DNA of 64,000 nt, taken from contig VRMN01000022.1 in the NCBI GenBank assembly GCA_008690995.1, positions 1 to 64,000 of the forward strand, written 5' to 3'. The translations under genes were made by a program, and so were the position numbers. Positions within the stretch are counted from its first letter, which is position 1. Each line of letters begins with the position of its first letter. The notes below the pieces were generated by a model that saw only the letters and a program-made list of their open reading frames with translations, had not been told where the DNA came from and made no database searches. The DNA is from Porphyridium purpureum (taxonomy: Eukaryota). Below, in pieces: positions 55,684 through 64,000 of the stretch.

Positions 55684-55851
55684 ATATTGTTGGATACGCG
55701 CCATGCTAGCCGACCTTATTGAAAAAGAAAGCGTGTGTGAAGAATCCTTTTATAAAGTTCTTTCTCAATCACCAAGTCTACGGCTCCTTCGAGGGCATTC
55801 AAGATGTACGCGACCAGGAGAACGTGAGCACATGCGAGCGTGTGCCACGCG

Positions 55852-56112
55852 CTACAGCGACACTTCGATTTGCCCGCGCGTTCGTTCCGAGTTTTTCCAC
55901 ACAGCAAGTCGGTGCAGCTCCATAAGACCTTGGCGAATGGCTTCGTCGCGCTCCGCACCCTCCAGGTTACGCTTGTCGCGGAACTCGAGCTTCATCATGT
56001 GCAGCATTTTGGCGCGGCGCACGCTTGGGTAGCTGCGCAGCGCACGCAGCAAGTGGCGGTACAAGTGCAGCGGGTTGCGCGACAGACCAGACGGTACTGC
56101 GGTGCTCGCCAT
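55852..56112 (-). CDS. LYR-motif (Complex1_LYR-like) mitochondrial protein
   Basis: LHLYRHLLRALRSYP..KLEFR: LYR tripeptide plus the downstream conserved F. ATG at 56112. Confidence 0.85.
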   Translation of the reverse strand: MASTAVPSGLSRNPLHLYRHLLRALRSYPSVRRAKMLHMMKLEFRDKRNLEGAERDEAIRQGLMELHRLAVWKNSERTRGQIEVSL

Positions 56113-57102
56113 TTCACCGCGTCGAGTTTTTTTTCCCTCTTCCTCTGCCACGGCGCTCTGTCACGCCCCTCCTGCTGGGCAGAAACTCCCCGAGTTCGGA
56201 CTTAGCGAGACGTAGTCGTGTGGGTCTGTGTGAAGCGCAATCGACGTACGACGCGGACTGGAACCCGCACAGACTGTCGCTCGCATAAACGCGGGAGCTT
56301 TTCAGCGTGGGCGAGTCGGGGGCGCTCCGTAGACGCGCAAGCGGCTTATTGAGTGGAAAGCGCTCTTGAATGGAACACGCACAAATGCGGTTCTGATGGG
56401 CAGTCGCACCCTCGACGACCACTGCGATGAGCGCGCGTGTGGAATGCAGTGATGCGAGTCTTTCACCGCCAGATGGCATGGCACGACCGACACCTCAATC
56501 TCAACGGCTTGTGTGGACCACAGGGTAGCGGCGTCTGTCGTTTCTACCTTCAGATTATCGGCAAAGCGCTCGCTGAAGCCCCTGGCTACTTGCCCCTATC
56601 GCTGAATGGCTGACCGTAAGCTGTCAGGCATATCGCCATTGAGGTCGTATCAGCGCCGACAGCTTAGGGCACGTTTCGTATGATCGACCCAACAGCCTTC
56701 CTGCAAAGTGAGCTCGAATTCAAGCAGGGCGATGGTCAAAGTATACACATGCGAAGCGGACCTTGACGGGGCTACGTATGAACAACGACACGCAGAGTCT
56801 GCTAATCAGGTCGTCATTCGCACTGTCATCCTGCTGAGGTCGCCATGTAGTTGGATACGATGCGAGTGAGCAACAGCGTAACACGGATCGCGACGGCTTG
56901 CCGCACCAAACATGTAGGACAGAAGATGAACAGAAAGAAGGCCTTCGGTTCCGGAAAGCAAGCACAAAGATACGCAGTGGGCAGGAGATTAAAGGTTCAA
57001 GATCGTATTCATCGAGGTACAATTCGGAGCGTTCGAGCTCCGTGCCTGCGAGAGTAGTCTTCCAAGTGCCAAAGCTGTGGGACAATCAAATCCGATGTTG
57101 CT

Positions 57103-58110
57103 TTATCTGGTAGCTTCTGCTGTCGACGTCGCTGGCGGCGCGAGTACAGATTCGAGGTCACGCAATCGCTGCTTGATCTGCTTCTTTTCAGCATCCACTG
57201 CAGCACGAGCTGAGCGGCTGGCCGATTTCGCATCTCTTTGTTGCTGCTGTCGCCGTAACCGCGCCAGTCGGGCCTCCAGCACAGTATATTCAAGCTCCAT
57301 TTCGTCGCGCTCTGAGAGTCTGGCACCTGCGTCGCTTTCATCATCTTCCTTGATCTCTGAAAATACCTGGAAAGGCTCTGGTGGCACAGGCGGTGCGAGC
57401 TCGCCGACGTGTACTTTCTGGGCGATGTCACCCACCGGGTCATGTCTTATTGATGCAGCTGGAGCCGGCGCAGGAGCCGCCGCAGGCTCGGAGGCGCGGT
57501 ACGGATTTGGCGCAAATGGCGAAATACTTGGTGGCGGAGGCGGCGGGTTCGCCTTGGCGTCACGAACGGACTCCTCGTACTGCCGAACCAAATGAAACGC
57601 GCCGAAGAACAGCACCAGCGCGCCTGCATACTTGATCGCAAAACGCGCGTAAAGGTGCGGGTCGTTCATCGGGTTTTCCAGCATGGCGCGGCGCGTGTTC
57701 TCGCGCTCTGCCTCTTCCGCTTGTTTCGCTGCTCCAGCCGCCTCTACAGACTCGTGCGCTGGATGCGCAGCTTCAGACGCCGCTGGGCCTTCGCTGGGAC
57801 GAGCGGACTGCGGCTGCGCAGAGGTCGATGTCGACGTCGACGCCGACGCTGCCTCCGACGCCGACAGTGCCGAACTTTGGTTGTTCATCGCCTTTGCACT
57901 CGTGCATCGCAGTCGACCACGCCCAGACAGAAGCATAAGTTCTTTCGCAGCCGTACGCATCTTTATATGAAAGCACCTCTCCATGCGGAGAGCGACAGGT
58001 TCAAGCGCGGCCAGGCGCACTGGCGTGGCCGCGGCCTCGAGCCAGACTCCAATCACATCCGAGCGCGCGCGCGCTGCGCGCGCCAAGCGCCCCGCCAGCG
58101 CAGCGCGCAT
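57103..58110 (-). CDS. Hypothetical single-pass membrane protein, possibly mitochondrial
   Basis: Arg/Ala-rich N-terminus (MRAALAGRLARAARAR), hydrophobic segment FAIKYAGALVLFFGAFHLV, Pro-rich linker, C-terminal coiled coil. Confidence 0.7.
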   Translation of the reverse strand: MRAALAGRLARAARARSDVIGVWLEAAATPVRLAALEPVALRMERCFHIKMRTAAKELMLLSGRGRLRCTSAKAMNNQSSALSASEAASASTSTSTSAQPQSARPSEGPAASEAAHPAHESVEAAGAAKQAEEAERENTRRAMLENPMNDPHLYARFAIKYAGALVLFFGAFHLVRQYEESVRDAKANPPPPPPSISPFAPNPYRASEPAAAPAPAPAASIRHDPVGDIAQKVHVGELAPPVPPEPFQVFSEIKEDDESDAGARLSERDEMELEYTVLEARLARLRRQQQQRDAKSASRSARAAVDAEKKQIKQRLRDLESVLAPPATSTAEATR

Positions 58111-58451
58111 GGTGTTCCCGAACTCAACCACAGCGGTGCGCGCGCAGAACGCCGAACCGCGCGAGACGTGCTCACAGCACTCACACAAACACGAACAACC
58201 AAACACACAGAAGCACACTCAACACAAGCACGTGCCACCACCCGACCCCGCCCCGCGCCGCCCCGCACCGCGCGTGACAAATTAGGGTTTCGTGGTAGTT
58301 TCATAGTAAAACGATGCTGTTTTATTATGGCCGAGTCGGAACAATTTTCGGTTTTTCCGGTTTTTTCGGTTTTTTCGGTTGCGGGGGAAGTGAGAGGTGG
58401 GAAAAGAGGGCAGCGGGCAGCAGCAGCTGGTGGTGGTGACTGCGCGGTGTA

Positions 58452-61400
58452 GTGCGGTCGCGATGTGGAATCAGCTGGAGCGCGTGCGGCAGCGCGTCCG
58501 AGGCGCGCGACGGGCTGCTGGCTGCCGCGACCGCGGGCGATGGGGAGGACGAGGAGGGCGATGGAGCAGGAAGCACCAACCGTAGCGGCAGCCAGAGCGC
58601 CGAGATGGCGCAGCATGCTGCGCGCGCCGGGCCTTCGTTGGAGCACGGCGGTGGAGAAAGTAGCTCCGAAGATATGCTGCGTGAGCTCAGCGTGCGCTGC
58701 AAGCTGCTCGAGGACGACAAGCGCGATCTCGAGGAGCAGCTCGTCGCGCTCGAGAACGTGGCTGACGAAAAGGCCGAGATTGAGACCATGCTCAAGTATG
58801 CAGAGGAGGAGAAGGACGCGCTGCGCGAGCAGCTCGAGAGCTGGGCGACCGAGAATGTCGAGACTGCTCGCGCCGCGAAACTGCTGGATGACATGACCGC
58901 GCAGCGCGACGCGCTGGCGAGCGAGCTGGCGATTGTTCAGGACGACCTGCGCAATCTCGTCCATGAGTATAGCAGGAGCCGGGCACAGAGCGAAGCACTC
59001 GCCAACGCCGAGCGTGGGCGCAAAGAAGCACTGGAGGAGCTTGAGCTGCTACAAGCTGCGCAGACAAGTATGCTAGACGCGCTCAAGACCATGACAAACG
59101 AGCGCGACGCGGCTGTCGCAACCGCAGACAAAATACGCGACAAGCTCAATGAGCTGCGCTCCAGTACGGACGAGTCACTGCGCGAGCAGCTGACGGACGC
59201 GCAGCGCGCTCTGGAGGCAAGTAGCACAGACCTTGAGACAACGCGATGCGACAACGCGGCTATGGTGGCGCGCGTGGATGAGCTCGAGGCGCATGCCGCG
59301 CGTTTGGAAACCGAACGTGAACAAATGTTGGAGCAGACGTCGGCTCTCAAAAATGCGCTGGATCGCGAGGTCGAGCGCAGCAAACGCAGCGAAGAGCGCA
59401 GTGACGAGCAGATTCAGGCGCTACGAGCCCAGCTCGACGCAGCCGCTGTCGACCGCACGGCTGACGCCGAGGCTAGACGAAGCATGCAAGTTGAGCTGGA
59501 CAGTACGCGAGCTGAATCGAAGCGGTTTGAATCTGAGCACGCGACGTTGCAGGCCCAGATTGCTGCACTCCAGGCGGAGCTGGAGGACACAAAGCTGAGC
59601 AGCCATGATCACCAAGCCGAAGCGGGCGCAGCGCTCCTTGCTGCTCAGACAGACGTAGCGCGTATTGAAGAAGAAGTGGCCGGTTTGCGCGCAGAGCACG
59701 AACAGACTGTCCTGACGATGAAGGAGCAACTCGCCGCCCGTGAGTCTGAGCTGGAGGCGGCGCGCGCGCAGGCCAGCACGCTCGAGGCGCTCGAAAGCCA
59801 GCTTCGTGATGCTGTGCAACGTGCGCAGCTTCTGAGCGATGAAAGAAATGCGGCGCTAGAGGCCGCTCAAGCCGCCCGGGACTTTGCGGCGGGTGCGCAA
59901 GCAGATATGGCCAGTCTGCGCTCCGACTTGAGCCAGAAAGTGGAGGTGCTGGAAAGGCAGCTCGTCGCGCGCGACGATGAACTGGAAACGGCGCGCTCTC
60001 AATGCAGCGCACTGGAGGCACAGGTGCAACAGATTAAGGGCGAGCGCGACGCGGCGCGCACGGAGCTAGCCGCGGCGGATATTGACTTGGTTGAGCGCAG
60101 CTCGGCCGTATCATACGCGTCGTCGTCTCGACATGAGGTTGAAGCCTTGGGCGCAGAACTGCAAGTTTTAAGGCAAAGTCTAGACAGTGCGCGCGCAGAC
60201 GCACAGCGCGCAAGCAACGAGATGAGCGCTCAAGTTGAACAGATGCGTGCTGCGCTGGACGCCCGCACAGCAGACGAAGCGCAGATCGCAGAGCGGCTGC
60301 GCGTGGCAGAGGCTGCAAAAGCGCAACTATCGGAGGAGCTCGAAGCTGCTCGGAGGGACGCGCAAGCCGAGCGCGACGCAGCACTGATTGACTTGCAAAA
60401 CGCGCGCGGACATCGTGAGCACGATATTGACACGCTTCAAGCAGAGTCTGTCTTGCGCGTCGAAGAGGAACGCGCAAAGCGCGTTGCAGAAGTAGACGCG
60501 CTTCGCGTTGAGAAGGACGCCGCGTTGGCCGAGCTTGAACGGACGGCAGAGGAGCAAGTCGAGCAGCTGCGTGAGCAAGTGGAACGCGCCGAATCTGCAT
60601 TGGTGCAAATACAAGCCCAGCAAGCGGCTGCGGGTGCGGAACGCGAACGCGAAGTCGATGCGATCATTCAAGCGCACCTGCAACGCGTACAGCTAGCAGA
60701 GGCCGAGACGGATGGTCTGCGAAAACAGCTGCAAGATGCCGAGCAGATGAACGCCGAAATTTTGAATCAAAACGCAGCGGCAAGCGCCGAGTCAGGGCGT
60801 ACGTTGCAGGCGTTGCAGACCGAGCTAGACGCAGCTCTTGTCGACTTGCGGAACGCTCGCTCCGATCATGAGCGCGAGGTGGATTCCCTTCGAGCCGACA
60901 TTGCTTCTCGCGTTGAGGAGGAGAGCGCCAGGCATGTGGCAGAAATGAGCACACTGCGTGCCGAGAAGGACGCTGCCTTGGCCGAAATGGAGCAAAACGC
61001 GGAGCAGCAAGCAATGCAGCTGCGCCAGCAAGTAGCGCATGCCGAATCTGCGTTGGTGCAGATGGAGGCGCAAATAAGCGCGGATGCAGAACGCAAAGCC
61101 GAGGTCGAGGCGATCATTCAATCACACCTGGATCGCACGCAGCGCGCAGAAGCCGAGGTGGACGCGCTGCGCGAACAACTGCAAGACGCTGAGCAGGCAA
61201 ACGCCGAGTCTTTGAAACATCACGCGGCGGCGGGCGCCGAGGCAGAGCGGGCTTTGGAGGCTTTGCAGGCGAAAGTGGACGCCGCGGAGCGCGTGGAATC
61301 ACAGCTGCGAGCCGATCACTGCGCACAAGTGGAGCGTCTCGAGCTCGCTGCGGCTGAATTACGGTCGCGAGTCGACGCGCTCGAGTTGGAGCGCAGCGAG

Positions 61401-62240
61401 CTTTCTGCGCGAGTGCAAGATGCGCAGCTCGAAACGGAACGTTTGCGAGCAGAAGCCTTGGCGGCTCGCGCGCAGATGGAATCTCAACTGCGTGAACGAG
61501 ATGCAGGAGCACAAGCACAACAGCGCGAGCTACGAGAAGCGGGCGAGCAGCTTGAATCACTTGTGGCAGAAAAGCAGGCGCAGATGCAAGCCATTGAGCA
61601 GCTCAGCGCGCAGCTTGACGAGTCGAAGCGTGTCGAGTCGGAACTGCGTGCGGCTATGGGGGCGCTGCGGAAAGAGCTGGACGATGAACAGGCTCGGCAG
61701 CATTCCGAGCAGAGTGCGCGAGACGCGCAGACAAATACGACCACGGCCGAGCTGCAGCGACTACAGCAGACTGTGGTTGAAGCGAATGCGCGCACGCAAG
61801 CCATGGAAAGGGAACGAGAACAGTGGAAGAGTCGCCTACAAGCACTTGAATCGAGCCTCGCGGAACGCGCGCGCGCGCGAGATGCGGCGGAGCGCGAGCT
61901 AGCAAGCGTTCGCGAGCAGCTGCGGCAAACATCCATTGAGCGCGAACAGGCCGCAGATCCGCCGGTGAGCGTTGCCGCGGCGGCGCTCGCTCGCGCCGTG
62001 TGCAGTGCGCAAAATCAAGATGCCGTGCGCCGCGCTGGCGAGCGTGCTCTCGCCTTTGTGCGCGGCTCAGTCGTTCCGGCGGCTCGGCATACGTACAAAC
62101 GTGTGATGGCGATGCTCAACCAGCCGGTGGAGAAGGACCCGAGCCACTCGAGCCCGACGCCTGGGGCCACACCGCGTGGAGGCGGGCCTGGTAGTGGTGC
62201 AACCACAGTGGCCATTGCGACATCAGACGAGGTGCCTTAG
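58452..62240 (+). CDS. Long coiled-coil protein (golgin/myosin-tail-like composition)
   Basis: About 1260-codon ORF of continuous E/A/L/Q/R heptads. Start uncertain: first in-frame ATG near 58605, out-of-frame ATG at 58463. Confidence 0.85.
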   Translation: MRSRCGISWSACGSASEARDGLLAAATAGDGEDEEGDGAGSTNRSGSQSAEMAQHAARAGPSLEHGGGESSSEDMLRELSVRCKLLEDDKRDLEEQLVALENVADEKAEIETMLKYAEEEKDALREQLESWATENVETARAAKLLDDMTAQRDALASELAIVQDDLRNLVHEYSRSRAQSEALANAERGRKEALEELELLQAAQTSMLDALKTMTNERDAAVATADKIRDKLNELRSSTDESLREQLTDAQRALEASSTDLETTRCDNAAMVARVDELEAHAARLETEREQMLEQTSALKNALDREVERSKRSEERSDEQIQALRAQLDAAAVDRTADAEARRSMQVELDSTRAESKRFESEHATLQAQIAALQAELEDTKLSSHDHQAEAGAALLAAQTDVARIEEEVAGLRAEHEQTVLTMKEQLAARESELEAARAQASTLEALESQLRDAVQRAQLLSDERNAALEAAQAARDFAAGAQADMASLRSDLSQKVEVLERQLVARDDELETARSQCSALEAQVQQIKGERDAARTELAAADIDLVERSSAVSYASSSRHEVEALGAELQVLRQSLDSARADAQRASNEMSAQVEQMRAALDARTADEAQIAERLRVAEAAKAQLSEELEAARRDAQAERDAALIDLQNARGHREHDIDTLQAESVLRVEEERAKRVAEVDALRVEKDAALAELERTAEEQVEQLREQVERAESALVQIQAQQAAAGAEREREVDAIIQAHLQRVQLAEAETDGLRKQLQDAEQMNAEILNQNAAASAESGRTLQALQTELDAALVDLRNARSDHEREVDSLRADIASRVEEESARHVAEMSTLRAEKDAALAEMEQNAEQQAMQLRQQVAHAESALVQMEAQISADAERKAEVEAIIQSHLDRTQRAEAEVDALREQLQDAEQANAESLKHHAAAGAEAERALEALQAKVDAAERVESQLRADHCAQVERLELAAAELRSRVDALELERSELSARVQDAQLETERLRAEALAARAQMESQLRERDAGAQAQQRELREAGEQLESLVAEKQAQMQAIEQLSAQLDESKRVESELRAAMGALRKELDDEQARQHSEQSARDAQTNTTTAELQRLQQTVVEANARTQAMEREREQWKSRLQALESSLAERARARDAAERELASVREQLRQTSIEREQAADPPVSVAAAALARAVCSAQNQDAVRRAGERALAFVRGSVVPAARHTYKRVMAMLNQPVEKDPSHSSPTPGATPRGGGPGSGATTVAIATSDEVP

Positions 62241-62752
62241 CGCTGCGCACGCCCTGCGTCTGCGCTCTGCGCCCAAGCTGGCTTGGGGTATTGGCATGTG
62301 ATGTAACGTTTGTCCGTGGCGACGAAACCAAAGTGTGCGCCCTGCGCACATCTTGTGAATTTCCAGTGCGGGCTCTTACCAACGTTCGCTTTCATGCGCA
62401 TCATACTGCACCTGTACATGCCCGAAGCAATGTGTGCGCTTGACGGTAACTTTCGTGCTCTATGAGAAGGCGGGGTTCATTAAGCTCATTTATAACCAAC
62501 TCTTTGGAAACGACTGTTCACATGATCGTGCAGCTGCAGGGCTGTAAAACACGCACACGCCACACCAAAGAAAAAGGCGAATCGGGGCCGACTTGTGACA
62601 TAGCCCTTGCGCGCTAATTTTAACCCCGAGCCCCAGTGACACATACACACATACAGTCTGCTTCAGAGGCAGCGTGACGTCATGCTCTCTTCTATCTTTT
62701 GATACTCTAACTTTCTCCACACTTTGTTACTCGGTTTCTGCCCTTGTCCACG

Positions 62753-64000
62753 TTACCCTCCGACGTTCATTTCACTTCCGTCACCCGGGAAACCCTTCAT
62801 AGGCTTCGCAGTCTCGTACAGATCCTTGAACGTCCTGGGTCCCTCCTCCTCCTCCTTCTCGGGCTTCTCGCGAAGCTTTTCTGTTCGGTCGCCCAAGTTG
62901 CGCAACACGGTGACCTTGATCTTCTTGTCGCCCTGTCCAATGGTGATTTCGTCCTCGTTCACTGGCTCCGGCCCTTTCTTCTTCGCGATCACCGGTGGCT
63001 TGACGTACACCTTTGCCTGGTAAGCCTGCAGCAGGGAGGTCGCCGGCGCGTCCGCCTCGGCGTCTTCCAGCGCAAGCGCGCGCTGCAGATCGACCACCAG
63101 CTGCTTCACTCGCTCCAACTGGAACTCCTTGACGCCAATGTCGGCGGCGACGCGGCGCGAGCGGCCGCGCACCGTGTCGGCGCCTGTCTTGCCCCACTGG
63201 CCGGCGCCTACGCCCAGGAACTGGCCGGCAAACACCTGCGGGTTCTTCCCGTACAGAGGTCTGATGTCCATATCGGCCGCCATGGCCGCAAAGGGCGCCA
63301 GAAAGGCGCGCGACGACGCGAGCGACGTGTACGCGGCGTCAAGCTCGATCTGGAGCGCGTTGGCCTTGCCCTGCGCAATGAGGAGCTCGCGCTGCAGCTT
63401 TTCGCGCGACACCTTGGGCACGTTGTACTTTTGCGACGGGTGCTCCGAGTTTGGAATCACCGGCAATCCGTCCACAATCTGGTGCGGCATGATGGCCGCC
63501 TTGTTGTTGAGTGGCAGCATGCTCATCATGGGCAGCTTCTTGTCGGAACGCGCCCAGCCGCCCTGCAGCCGGCACTGCAGATTGAAGGTCGAGTTTGGCG
63601 CGTACGTGCCGCGGAAGCGCATGTACGGCACGGTGTCGAGCCCAAACACGTCCAGGTACTCCTCCGAATCAAAGTACGAGTCGACCTCTGCGTCGTACCC
63701 GCCTGCGGCAAAGATTTCGTAGTGCTTGGACATTTCGGCCATGTCGAGCGGCGCGCGGCCCATAAAGTGCTTAAAGTTGAGCTCGATGAAGCGGAATTGC
63801 GACACCGATTCGAAGAAGCGCTTCTTGTAGGTGGCCGACTTGGCGACGCCGCGCACAAAGTCGCGCGTGGAGATCGCGCCGACCAGGAACTGCGATTCGA
63901 GCGTGGCGAGCTCATCGCGCTCCTCCTCCATGACGTACGCGTTGCCCATGACGTTGCGGTAGACGGTGCGCATGGTGGCCTCGCGGTCGACCTCGCTGAG
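62753..64000 (-). CDS. Phycobilisome linker polypeptide (nuclear-encoded), 5' end beyond the window
   Basis: PBS linker domain: VYRNVMGNAYVMEEER..LESQFLVGAISTRDFVRGVAKS..RFIELNFKHFMGRAP..GYDAEVDSYFDSEEY..FGLDTVPYMR. Confidence 0.95.
   Translation of the reverse strand, partial: LSEVDREATMRTVYRNVMGNAYVMEEERDELATLESQFLVGAISTRDFVRGVAKSATYKKRFFESVSQFRFIELNFKHFMGRAPLDMAEMSKHYEIFAAGGYDAEVDSYFDSEEYLDVFGLDTVPYMRFRGTYAPNSTFNLQCRLQGGWARSDKKLPMMSMLPLNNKAAIMPHQIVDGLPVIPNSEHPSQKYNVPKVSREKLQRELLIAQGKANALQIELDAAYTSLASSRAFLAPFAAMAADMDIRPLYGKNPQVFAGQFLGVGAGQWGKTGADTVRGRSRRVAADIGVKEFQLERVKQLVVDLQRALALEDAEADAPATSLLQAYQAKVYVKPPVIAKKKGPEPVNEDEITIGQGDKKIKVTVLRNLGDRTEKLREKPEKEEEEGPRTFKDLYETAKPMKGFPGDGSEMNVGG

Noticed and set aside
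62753..64000. Cyanobacterial contamination or recent transfer suggested by the phycobilisome linker
   Set aside because: Red algal rod linkers are normally nuclear-encoded, and the gene matches the surrounding eukaryotic context.

Overview
Eukaryotic, GC-rich, apparently intron-free DNA. A phycobilisome linker gene among clearly nuclear genes (PEX1, PRP18, Elongin C, proteasome alpha) points to a red alga; a Porphyridium-like species is my inference. The left ~38 kb is rich in transposable elements. At 1-8.15 kb is a head-to-tail array of CRE-clade (RT + restriction-like endonuclease) non-LTR retrotransposons whose junctions all carry the telomere-like motif AGAGTAACCCT(A); a Tc1 (DD34E) transposon sits inside one of these motifs. 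Next come a full-length Copia element, a disrupted gene for an MLKL-like N-terminal domain + kinase + SEL1 repeats, a TKL kinase-ARM gene, PRP18, two solo LTRs, and a young Gypsy element with heat-shock elements in its LTRs and a candidate -1 frameshift site. The right ~25 kb is gene-dense: three tandem PPR-like paralogues, PEX1, Elongin C, proteasome alpha-1, a LYR protein, a membrane protein, a long coiled-coil protein and a phycobilisome linker. The best candidate for an undescribed system is the telomere-repeat-associated CRE retrotransposon array.
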